A DNA stretch of 64,000 nt from NCBI GenBank assembly GCA_951406725.2, contig OX597830.1, positions 56,730,001 through 56,794,000 of the forward strand, given 5' to 3'. Numbering within the stretch: position 1 is the first letter of the stretch; every line of letters begins with the position of its first letter. Positions 38,366-50,304 of this stretch are shown here, one piece after another. The notes below the pieces were generated by a model. It was not told the DNA's origin, did no database searches, and saw only the letters and a program-made list of their open reading frames with translations. Both the position numbers and the translations under genes were made by a program. The stretch comes from Octopus vulgaris. Taxonomy: Eukaryota.

Positions 38366-40151
38366 TTTTATTATTACCCACAAGGGGCGAACATAGAGGG
38401 GACAATACAATCGGGGAACTTAAAATAAGAAAGCGAATGACAAGAAAAGGAAAAAATAAAAGTAAAAAATGACATATGAAAAGAATATTTACAATGAGAT
38501 GTAAATGCCCACTCGATCCCCGGAATCGAGAGGTTACATTTTCGTCACATATAGTTCACAATATTTTCTTTTTTCTCTTCTTTCTTCTCTCTCTTCTCAC
38601 AATTCTATACGTATTCCATAATAGTTTTCAATTCTCTAAAGTCAATCACTGAGCCCTCAGGCAGCCGCTCTCTCACTCGAACACTCGTGTAAAACGTTAC
38701 ACTCTCTCCGGCAGCTCTGAGGAACTCAGCGACTCTTTCTTCGGGGATTAGAGCAGTCTCCTGCCACTGATCGGTCATCCTGTTGACCCATATATGTCCC
38801 TCCGTACTACTTGTCAATTCTTTCATTTCAGGGCAGAAATGGAAGGTTATTAACTTGTAGAAGCCGTGATCTTGTTTCCGTCCTACGTTTTCCCTCGTTT
38901 TTCTTTTCGGGCTTATTTCTTCCTTGTTCTCCTCTCTTTGTTTCTCTCTTTCTCTCTTTTTGCCTTCTTTTCTTTCCTCTTCCTTCTCTTGTCTTTTTGG
39001 TTCTTTGTCTGTTCTATCTTTCTCTCGTGTTTTATGTTCCTTTTCTTTTTCTTTTTGTGTGCCGTCTTTTCTTTTCGTTTGGTTCTGATCTCTCTCTTGT
39101 TTTTTTTCCTGTTGTTTCTTTTTCCTTTTTTTTTTCCTGACTCTGTTTTGGTTCTATTTCTTTCTTTTCTTTTATTTCTTTTTCCTTCATTGACTTATTA
39201 TTTCCTTTCTCTTGTTGTTTTGTTTCCTTTTCTATGTTTTCTTTTTCATTTACCGTATTCTTCTTTTCGAGCTCCTGCTCACACTCCGCTACGAATTCGT
39301 ATAACGGGCACTCTTTTTTAATGTGCCCCCTTGTCCCGCACAAGTAGCAGTTTGGCTTTCTTCCCTCTACAATTACACTGAGGGTTTTCTCGTCTTCGAT
39401 TTCTATTCTATAGGGGAACCTTTCAATGTCCTCTTTTGTGGCCATCAAACACAGTTCTACCCCATATCCTCTCCAATTTATCTGCGTTGGACTCCTTAAA
39501 GGATTCCACCTCCACTTCCTCTTCTGCTGCTCCTAGAATAGCTGTTGCCAGCCATTCTGTTTTTACTTCTGGGGGTATATTCGGGATTTTAACCCGGACC
39601 CCTCTTCTTCCCTTGTATGAGGGCCACATTATAAATGTTTCCGCTCTTAGAACAGTGGTAGCCAGTGAGGCTGCAATTTCTTCCGTTGCACATCTCACCT
39701 CCACCGTACCAAATTTTTTCCTCTACTCACGTAGGTCGATTTATCCATTATGTCTCCCAGACATTTTTCGATCTCTGCTATCTCCACTCTTGCCAGTTTC
39801 TTTGTACTTTTGTCCTGGGTTCTATACGTTACAGTTTTGTTTTCTTTGTCCTCTTTTGCTTTCGCGGGGGGATTAGCTTCACGCTATCACCCTCCCTTTT
39901 GAATAGCTTTTCATATTCTTTGATTTTACTTTTCTCAAAGAAAACATCCTTCACGATTATCGACGAATCATTATTTTTCTTTCCCGTGACCCCCGCGTAA
40001 GTCGCCATGACTAGAGGGTCAATTCACCTTCTTCGGAAGGTTTCCACACGTGGAGGCAAACGCCTCGCGCGATATTAATCACTTTACACAACAAAATTTC
40101 AACTTCTAATCACAGATAACAACACACGTGGGTAAATTTCCGCCGTGTGTG
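38366..40151 (-). mobile_element. ORF1-only non-LTR-like retroelement, unit C
   Basis: Same layout; 5' CACACACGGCGGAA; tail directly abuts the 5' end of unit B. Confidence 0.75.
38605..40008 (-). pseudogene. ORF1/Gag-like ORF of unit C, frameshifted
   Basis: ATG at 40008 (MATYAGV...); pieces 39423-39704, 39032-39448 (CYLCGTRGHIKKEC) and 38605-38826 are homologous to unit B. Confidence 0.85.
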
Positions 40152-40826
40152 AAAATCTGCTGTTTTCTCTACATTGTATACTTTATAGACAATAGTATTT
40201 TCTTTGATTTACTTTTATCCATCTGGACTATTACATTTCTGCACGCAAATTTATTTTTTAATTTATTCGCATTCATGTGAAACCACTTATTCAAGTTCAA
40301 GTCATTGATGCAATTTTATACCAATTACTATTTTTACTTTTTTTAAAGTTACGATTATATTATACTTTTTAATTATTTTAATTATTACTTACTACATATA
40401 ATTCAATAGTTATTATTATTTTTATTGTTAAAGTGAAAGTATCTGACATATAATAGAGAAATGTTTTTGTTTCACTTTTAACACGTAATACTGAAATAGT
40501 GGCGAAGATATGATATTGCTATGGGCTCGCTCTAGGCAAGAAGGTGAACATTTCTTTTGCCCATGAAACTACATGTGTAAAATTTGAATGAAAATTGATT
40601 GTGTAGTTCTCAAGTTTTAGGGAATCGTAGTGGAGAAGATATGATATAGCTGCGGGCTCGCCCTAGGCAAAAGGTTAAAAATATTTTTGTCGACGACACT
40701 CCCCGGACCCTGAGTAAGGCGTGTGTAAAATTTGAATGAAATTGGTTGTGTAGTTCTCAAGTATTAGGGAAACACACAGACAGACAGACATTCTCAGTTT
40801 TATATATATAAAGATATATATAAAGA

Positions 40827-43800
40827 TATCAAAGAGGGTGCCGAAAGAGATGAAAGAAGAGTCCCGAAAGAGATCAAAGAGGAGTCCCGAAAGAGATCAA
40901 AGAAGAGTCCCGAAAGAGATCAAAGAGGGTGTCGAAAGAGATCAAAGAGGGTGCCGAAAGAGATCAAAGAGGAGTCCCGAACGAGATCAAAGAAGGTGCC
41001 GAAAGAGATCAAAAAGGGTGCCGAAAGAGATCAAAGAGGGTGCCGAAAGAGATCAAAGAGGAGTCCCGAGCGAGACCAAAGAGGGTGCCGAAAGACATCA
41101 AAGAGGGTGCCGAAAAAGATCAAAGAGGGTGCAGAAAAAGATCAGAGAGGGTGCCGAAAATGATCAAAGCTTGTGCCGAAAGAGATCGAAGATGGTGCCA
41201 AAAGAGATCAAAGAGGAGTCCCGAACGAGATCAAAGAGGGTACCGAAAGAGATCAAAGAGGGTGCCGAAAGAGATCAAAGAGGGTGCCGAAAAAGATCAA
41301 AGAGGGTGCCGAAAGAGATCAACGAGGTGTCCCGAAGGAGATCAAACCGGTTCAAACCCGATCAAACCGGATCAAACCGGATCAAACCGGTTCAAACGGG
41401 ATCAAACCGTTTCAAACTGGATCAAGCCTGATCAAACCGGTTCAAATATCAGGAAAGTCTGGAATGTAAGGAATGTCTGGAATGTCAGGAATGTCAGGAA
41501 TGTCTGGAATGTCAGGAATGGAAGGAATGTCAGGAATGTCTGGAATGTCAGGAATGTCTGGAATGTCAGGAATGTAAGGAATGTTTGGAATGTCAGGAAT
41601 ATCAGGAATGTCAGGAATGTCTGGAATGTTTGGAATGTTTGGAATGTCAGGAATGTCTGGAATGTCTGGAATGTCAGGAATGTAAGGAATGTCAGGAATG
41701 TCTGGAATGTGAGGAATGTTTGGAATGTGAGGAATGTTTGGAATGTCAGGAATGTCAGGAATGTGAGGAATGTCAGAGATCAAAGATGGTGCCGACAGAG
41801 ATCAAAGACGGTGCCGATAGAGATCAAGGTGTGTGCCGACAAAGATCAAATACGGTCCCGACAAACCGGTTCAAACCGGATCAAACCGGTTCAGACCGGA
41901 TAAAACCGGATCAAACCGGTTGAAACCGGATCAAAACGGTTCAAACTGGATCAAGCCTGACCAAACCGGTTCAAATGTCAGGAATGTCAGGGATGTCTGG
42001 AATGTCTGGAATGTCAGGAAAGTCAGGAATGTCAGGAATGTCAGGAATGTCTGGAATGTCAGGAATGTCTGGAATGTCAGGAATGTCAGGAATGTCAGGA
42101 ATGTCAGAGATCAAAGATGGTGCCGACAGAGATCAAAGACGGTGCCGATAGAGATCAAGGAGTGTGCCGACAAAGATCAAATACGGTGCCGACAAACCGG
42201 TTCAAACCGGATCAAACAAGTTCAAACCGGATCAAACCGGATCAAACCGGTTGAATCCGGATCAAACCGGTTCAAATCGGATCAAACCGTTTCAAACCGG
42301 ATCAAAACGGTTCAAACTGGATCAAGCCTGATGAAACCGGTTCAAATGTCAGGGATGTCTGAAATGTCTGGAATGTCAGGAAAGTCCAGAATGTCAGGAA
42401 TGTCAGATCGTGCCGACAAAGAAAGACGGTGCCGACAAAGATCAAATACGGTGCCGACAAACCGGTTCAAACCGGATCAAACCGGTTCAAACCGGATCAA
42501 ACCGGTTCAAACCGGATAAAACCGGATCAAACCGGTTGAAACCGGATCAAACCGGTTCAAATCGGATCAAACCGGTTCAAACCGGATCAAAACGGTTCAA
42601 ACTGGATCAAGAATGATCAAACCGGTTCAAATGTCAGGAATGTCAGGGATGTCTGGAATGTCTGGAATGTCAGGAAAGTCAGGAATGTCAGGAATGTCTG
42701 GAATGTCAGGAATGTCTGGAATGTCTGGAATGTCAGGAATGTCTGGAATGTCAGGAATGTCTGGAATGTCTGGAATGTCAGGAATGTCTGGAATATCTGG
42801 AATGTCAGGAATGTCAGGAATGTCAGGAATGTCAGGAATGTCAGGAATGTCTGGAATGTCAGGAATGTTTGGAATGTGAGGAATGTCAGAGATTAAAGAT
42901 GGTGCCGACAGAGATCAAAGACGGTGCCGATAGAGATCAAGGAGTGTGCCGACAAAGATCAAATACGGTGCCCACAAACCTGTTCAAACCGGATCAAACC
43001 GTTTCAAACCGGATAAAACCGGATCAAACCGGTGGAAACCGGATCAAAACGGTTCAAACTGGATCATGCCTGATCAAACCGGTCCAAATGTCAGGAATGT
43101 CAGGGATGTCTGGAATGTCTGGAATGTCAGGAAAGTCAGGAATGTCAGGAATGTCTGGAATGTCAGGAATGTAAGGAATATTTGGAATGTCAGGAATGTC
43201 AGGAATGTCTGGAATGATGGAATGTCAGGAATGTCTGGAATGTAAGGAATGTCAGGAATGTGAGGAATGTGAGATCAAAGATGGTGCCGACAGAGATCAA
43301 AGACGGTGCCGACAGAGATCAAGGATTGTGCTGACAAAGATCAAATACGGTGCCGACAAACCGGTTCAAACCGGATCAAACCGGTTCAAACCGGATCAAA
43401 CCGGATCAAACCGGATTAAAACTGTTCAAACTGGATCAAGCCTGATCAAACCGGTTCAAATGTCAGGAATGTCAGGGATGTCTGGAATGTCTGGAATGTT
43501 AGGAAAGTCAGGAATGTCTGGAATGTAAGGAATGTCAGGAATGTGAGGAATGTGAGATCAAAGATGGTGCCGACAGAGATCAAAGACGGTGCCGACAGAG
43601 ATCAAGGATTGTGCTGACAAAGATCAAATACGGTGCCGACAAACCGGTTCAAACCGGATCAAACCGGTTCAAACCGGATCAAACCGGATCAAACCGGATT
43701 AAAACTGTTCAAACTGGATCAAGCCTGATCAAACCGGTTCAAATGTCAGGAATGTCAGGGATGTCTGGAATGTCTGGAATGTTAGGAAAGTCAGGAATGT

Positions 43801-45140
43801 CTGGAATGTCAGGAATGTTAGGAATGTTTGGAATGTCAGGAATGTCTGGAATGTCTGGAATGTCTGGAATGTCAGGAATGTCTGGAATGTCAGGAATGTC
43901 AGGAATGTGAGGAATGTTAGAGATCGAAGATGGTGCCGACAGAGATCAAAGACGGTGCCGATAGAGATCAAGGAGTGTGCCGACAAAGATAAAATACGGT
44001 GCCGACAAACCGGTTCAAACCGGATAAAACCGGATCAAACCGGTTGAAACCGGATCAAAACGGTTCAAACTGGATCAAGCCTGATCAAACCGGTTCAAAC
44101 GTCAGGAATGTCAGGGATGTCTGGAATGTCTGGAATGTCAGGAAAGTCAGGAATGTCAGGAATGTCAGGAATGTCTGGAATGTCAGGAATACCTGGAATG
44201 TCTGCAATGTCAGGAATGTAAGGAATGTTTTGAATGTCAGGAATGTTAGGAATGTCTGGAATGTCTTGAATGTCACGAATGTCAGGAATGTCTGGAATGT
44301 CAGGAATGTCAGGAATGTCAGGAATGTCAGGAATGTCAGGAATGTCTGGAATGTCAGGAATGTCAGGAATGTCTGGAATGTCAGGAATGTCAGGAATGTG
44401 AGGAATGTCAGAGATCAAAGATGGTGCCGACAGAGATCAAAGACGGTGCCGATAGAGATCAAGGAGTGTACCGACAAAGATCAAATACGGTGCCGACAAA
44501 CCGGTTCAAACCGGATCAAACCGGTTCAAACCGGTTCAAACCGGATCAAACCGGTTGAAACCGGATCAAACCGGTTGAAACCGGATCAAAACGGTGCAAA
44601 CTGGATCAAGCCTGAATGTCAGGAATGTCTGGAATGTCAGGAATACCTGGAATGTCTGGAATGTCAGGAATGTCAGGAATGTAAGGAATGTTTTGAATGT
44701 CAGGAATGTTAGGAATGTCTGGAATGTCTTGAATGTCACGAATGTCAGGAATGTCAGGGATGTCTGGAATGTCTGGAATGTCAGGAAAGTCAGGAATGTC
44801 AGGAATGTCTGGAATGTCAGGAATGTCTGGAATGTAAAAGGAATGTCAGGAATGTCTGGAATGTCTGGAATGTCAGGAATGTTTGGAATGTCTGGAATGT
44901 CAGGTATGTCAGGAATGTCTGGAATGTCAGGAATGTTTGGAATGTGAGGAATGTCAGAGATCAAAGACGGTGCCGAAAGTGATTAAAGAGTGTGCCGACA
45001 GAGATCAAAAAGTGTGCCGACAAAAATCAAAGACAGTGCCGAGAGAGATCAAAGACGGTGCCGATAGAGATCAAGGAGTGTGCCGACAAAGATCAAATAT
45101 GGTGCCGACAAACCGGTTCAAACCAGATCAAACCGGTTTT
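40827..45140. repeat. Complex higher-order satellite (22/23-bp, 10-bp and 9-bp subunits)
   Basis: AAAGAGATCAAAGAGGGTGCCG blocks, AAACCGG(A/T)TC blocks and GGAATGTC(A/T) blocks cycling in fixed order. Confidence 0.95.
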
Positions 45141-45669
45141 CACAGGAGTGAAAATTTGTAATATCTTTGCTAAAAACTTGATTCGTATTAACATTTGTTT
45201 AAAGAAGCAGAAAGCGCAAACTTTCATAGACAAATGTAAAGGAAGCACTTTCCTTTAATTTGCCTCTCCTATGATTTGATAAACCCACTGAAATGAGAGA
45301 GAACGTTTATAATAAATGAAAATTCATAATGAACAGCATAGCACGGTACCTGCTGACTGACCCATCCTATATTGGATAAGATCTACTGGATGTTCTCCTG
45401 TTTTTTCCTGTAAGCCCACTGAATCGATAGATAAAACTCTGAATCGATCCATAAACAGGTAAAGTTGCTGCTGTATGACGAAAAATTCCCCGATAGCCTT
45501 TACATTTTTGTTAAGAAGTAAACTCCAGTCAGATTCAGTTGGTGGATGCTGACACAAGTTGCAGATGGGGCTGTGACATGTAATTTCGCTTGAACACCAG
45601 CGATTTCTCTGCTCATGAGAGAAGCAACATCATAATATTAGGGGACACATAACTATTTGTCAGCACCAA

Positions 45670-46620
45670 TACGAAGGGGTACCGAAAAGTAACCGGAAAC
45701 GTTTTCTGCGGGACAAGCCCGTTGTAGTTTAAGCTTCCGCCAGTAGAAGCCACTTGATGCGTCCCTCGGGTAGCAGTGTGCCGGCTAGTGTTATCGTCAG
45801 GAGTCGTACTGTCACGTGGCGCGTCTTTGATTTGCGGTGCTTTCCCCTGTTCGTAGATTATTGCGATGGATGAAACGAAGGGACAGCGTGCTTCCGTGAA
45901 ATTCTGTTTTTTTTTTTTCTGCTTGGAAAACGGCAGCCGAAACAGTTGTCATGCTTCAAACAGCTTACAAGGATTCTGCCATGAGGAGCAAAATACAAGT
46001 TTACGAGTGGTTTTCACGCTTTAGGAAAACATCACGAAATTTCATGAACTGATCTTGGAGGACCGTCACCGAACACTTGACGAACGTGTTGATATAACTG
46101 GTGTGTCCTGGAACTTCTTCCAACGAATTTTGAGCGAGGAATTGCGAATGAAGAGTAACAGCGAAATTTGTGCCTCACTTGCACACGAAAGTTCAAAAAC
46201 AGTCACGAATAAATGCGTTTCGTGAAATGAAAGATGAGTTGGAGTTTGATCCGAACCTTTCTTTTTTTTTTTCTGTTTTTCTTTTTTTTTTTTTGAAGGT
46301 CATCACTAGTGACGAAAGCTGGTGCTATAGCCACAACCCGGAAATGATGCAGCAATGAAGTCGATGGAAGCATTCGATATCACCACACCCCGCGCCCAAA
46401 ATGAGTCAAGTGGAGTCCAAATTCAAGACGAAAATAATTTGTTTGACCGATTCGAAAAGAATTGTCCACACAGAATTTGTTCCTCCTGGACAAACTGTTA
46501 ACCAGATATTTTTGCTTGGTGGTTCTGAAGCGTTTGCAAAACACGGCGAGACGAAAACATTCCGACCAGTGGCAAAGTGGAGAGTGGTGGTTTCATCACA
46601 GCATCAAAACCGAGACAAGC
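45670..46620 (+). mobile_element. Mariner fossil (partial)
   Basis: TA + CGAAGGGGTACCGAAAAGT left end; QRASVKFC, GKTAAETVVML, VYEWFSRF, VPHLH, ITSDESWCY, HTEFVPPGQTVNQ; many lesions. Confidence 0.88.
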
Positions 46621-46689
46621 GCGACATAAACCTCATATTTCTATTTCAACTTCTTGAAAATCAGTGTAAACTGTGAAACCGGTTAAATC

Positions 46690-47600
46690 TTTAAATATAA
46701 TAAGAAGAATATATTTTAACTATTCTCAGTGGCGCATTTTTAACTTCTATTTTTAGTATATTTCCACCCGTGTGATGCAAGATCTGATGAATATGGTGGA
46801 TGACAGAGTACTTCCTAGTTCAGTTCCTGTAACTTGAATAGCGTTCTTTCTGCAACATGTGGTCGAACATTGTATTGCAAGAGAATTGGCCTGTCTCTGT
46901 TGACCAATCTCAGTTGTTTAATTGCAAGTTCACTCATCATTTCATCCAACTGGTTGATGTATACATCCGCTGTAATTGGCTTACCATGAATCTGTAGTGG
47001 ATAATACCAGCGCTGGTCCACCAAACAGACCATTAGATATTTTCGATAAATATTCTTTTTTGGATTATGTTTTGGCACTTCGTCTCTATCCAACCACCGT
47101 GCAGAACGCTTGCTATTGTTGAAAAGAATCCATTTTTCATCACAGGTAGCAACACGATGCAAAAATGGTTCACTTTTATGTTGTGATAGTAAAGAACAAG
47201 TTTCAATGCGACGTGTCATTGGACGTTCGTTCAGTCTGTGTAGTACCTACTTGTCCAGATTCTTTACCCAGCCGATTTGTTTCAGATGATACAAAACAGT
47301 TGGAATCGAAACATCAAACCTTGCTGCTAACACACGCGTAGTTTGAAATGTATTCGCTTCCACTACAGTTTCCAGTTCATTATTATCCACCTTGGTCTCA
47401 GGTCTACCTCGAGGCTGATTTTCAAGAATCACCAGACCGGAACTTCTCAGACCGCTGATGTACAGTGCGCTCATTCGCCACATCTTCACCAAACACCTCG
47501 TTGATGCTTCGAGCTGCCTGGAATGCATTGGTTCCACGACTGAACTCATATTCATAAACAACACAAATTTTTGATCTATGCATGGGTTCACAAAAATTGA
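46690..47600 (-). mobile_element. Mariner fossil (second family)
   Basis: ENQPRGRP, TCDEKWI, LLQYNVRPH, HPPYSSDLA motifs; frameshifted. Confidence 0.9.
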
Positions 47601-47701
47601 TTTACAAGAGAAAACTCACAATGTTATCAGAAAAGTGATGATGTAACTCTTCATTGTTATAAAACAAAGAATTATATGTATGTATACGCATGTGTATGTG
47701 T

Positions 47702-47752
<51 letters not shown>

Positions 47753-49375
47753 CGTGCATATATGTATATATGTGCATATATGCCTTGGCTCTCTGTCGGT
47801 TACAAGGAGTGTTCCAGTTGATCCGATCAACAGAACAGCGTACTTTTGAAATTAAAGAACATGTGATTGAGCACTTCACTGTCACACGTACAATTTAACT
47901 TGGTTCCCTGGGAAATTCAGAGTGACACAACGAACGTTACCAGGCTGGGCCTTTGGAAAACTCATTTTTGCCAGTTGAGTGGACCGGTGCAACGAGAAAT
48001 AAAGTGTTCTTCTCGACAGCAAAACCCATCACTGAGAAACGATCTCAGGACTTTCAGATCTTGAGTGGAATGTGTTGAATACTTTGGCCATTAAGCCACG
48101 CACCTTCCCGTATGTGTATATATGCCGAATCGGTATTCTAGAAGAGTCGGGATCTTGTTATGGACCTTCGAAACTTGAAATAGCAACGAACTCAATCAAA
48201 CGACGAAGCTGGCCCACAAATCATCCACAGAAAATGCTGTCAGCCGATAATAGATAACGAATAGGTATTGTTAAAAGTACCATAACTTTAAGAAAAATAC
48301 TGGCTAAGTTTTCTTTATACTTTCTTTTGGCGTGTTTTTAAATACATTTCTTAAGCAACTGAATTGTAATATCTGAAGAGGGTTCGTGTGTTATGTATGT
48401 GCTTGGGTGTGTGTGCATGTGTATGCGGACGTGTGTATCTCTAGTAAAAGAACTTGAAAAACAACATAACAACGTTTATATGTTAGTAAGGAAGAGTATA
48501 AACTCAGACAAGAGATATAAACTTGAGAAGCGGTATGTAGTGAAACTAGAGGACTACATAACTTTCGAAATACTGACATAGGGAAAGAAGGCAAGTGAGT
48601 GATGTTGACTGATGAGGCGTTTAACATCACTTTCATCCTTCATTTTCACCCTTTTCATCCTTTTATCATACAATTATGTTTTTGTTTTAATTTTAATTTT
48701 TGATGCTTTGTGTCCCCAATGTGTTGTGATGTACCCCTCTATGTAAACCCTTTATGGGAAATAAAGAAATAATGTGTATCTCTAGCATGTGTATATAAGA
48801 TGTTTTCCTAGTTTAATGTTAACAATTGAGCATTCATCTTTCGGGAGCTCAATACAGTTACTGAATACGTATTTCCTTCCCTACTTTTTTTTTTACTAAT
48901 AAATGATGATTTAGCTTTTACATATTTAATGCAAGGGAAGTCAAAAAAGTTAACTAGAAATTATTATATTAGTAAGGAAAAACAATATCGTTCATCGACT
49001 GATATTGTTTTTGAATTATTCTCTAAGTATGGGAGACTGCTTCAGGGATGTTACGATCTCATAACATCGTCATTGTCTTATGTAATAAAGAAGCGAAAGG
49101 AGAATCTATTTTTGTTGTTGTTGTTGTTTTAGATGTGAAATGCAGTAAACTGTAAACAGGTCGGCATGGAAACCAGACTTGTTTAAAGAATGAAGAAATA
49201 AAATGTGTGATATCGATGTTAAAGAAACATATGTAAGTCAACACCATATAGACGCTTTCTTTGGGAAAGAAGTGAAGTTAGTATTAACGTATTTAATACA
49301 AAGAAGAGAATCAATAACAGAAAAATAGACATAATCATGCAGTAAGAAAAAACAAAGATATATTCGTTATTGACA

Positions 49376-49454
<79 letters not shown>

Positions 49455-49646
49455 TGGTGAGCTGGCAGAATTGATAGCACGCTTAGTGGTATTTCGTCTG
49501 TCGCTACGTTCTGAGTTCAAATTCCGCCGAGGTCAACTTTGCCTTTCATATTTTCGGAGTCGATAAAATAAGTACCAGTTGAACACTGGGGTCGATGTAA
49601 TCTACTCATCCCCATCTCCCTATGCTGCCATTGTGGCAAAAATTGA

Positions 49647-49684
<38 letters not shown>

Positions 49685-49709
49685 TAATAATAATAATAAT
49701 GACAGAACG

Positions 49710-50165
49710 ATAATGACAGATCGACCAGGCATAATTAGAGACAGAGAAGAAAAAACTTGTACACTAATAGATGTAAATGTTTTTTCTGCTAAAAATACGT
49801 CTGTCAAAGAATGTGACAAACTAAGTAAATATAAGGACCTGCAAATTGAAATACAAATGATGTGGCATCTTAAAACGAGAATTGTTCCTGTTATTGTAGG
49901 TTCCTTAGGTATGATAAAAAAGGGATGTCAGAAACATTTAGATAAGCTCCCAAGAGAACCATGTCTCAGAGAAACCAAAACGATTGTGCTGACAAGTGCT
50001 ACCCATATCCTTAGAAAAACCTACCCACTTAAATGTCTGTGTTGTATAACATGAAGATATTTAACTACCTCCCTCCACAAACTTTCAGTCATACTGTAAC
50101 ATATCTTATCCGTCGCTCGCCCCAAGATGCAAGTGGCTGTAACAAACATGCAAATTAAAAGTAAA
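49710..50165 (+). mobile_element. 3' fragment of an RLE-type non-LTR element (R4/Dong-like) within (TAA)n
   Basis: DRPGII..TCTLIDV..KLSKYKDL..IVPVIVGSLG restriction-like endonuclease C-terminus; TAA repeats on both sides. Confidence 0.85.
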
Positions 50166-50304
50166 AATAATAATAATAATCCTTTCTACTGGAAGCACAA
50201 GGCCTCAAATTTAGGGGAAGGGATCGAGTCGATTACATCGACCCCAGTACGCAAGTGGTGATTTATCGACCCCGAAAGGATGAAAGGCAAAGCCGACCTC
50301 GGCG

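Larger units (their letters stand above)
34034..40814 (-). mobile_element. Non-autonomous Helitron-like element enclosing the ORF1 array
   Basis: Minus strand: A|TCTTTATATATATAAAACTGAGAATGTCTGTCTG 5' end; 3' end with hairpin GACCCGACAACGACGGGTC and CTAG|T; similar terminus pair in the 7544-7912 element. Confidence 0.65.

Noticed and set aside
35024-40000. Plus-strand S/F/L-rich ORFs over the array
   Set aside because: Antisense shadows of the K/E-rich minus-strand ORFs.
40838-45258. Many long ORFs (SGM, VRN, IPD repeats)
   Set aside because: They are open in several frames and on both strands because the satellite subunits lack stops; 22- and 10-bp units shift frame; no coding signal.
45324-45620. 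Minus-strand 77-aa ORF with faint similarity to a Penelope endonuclease C-terminus
   Set aside because: No diagnostic GIY-YIG residues visible; cannot be supported.
49133-49231. AG...GTAAGT-bounded candidate exon; similar donor at ~57965
   Set aside because: No recognisable protein or partner exons; needs transcript data.
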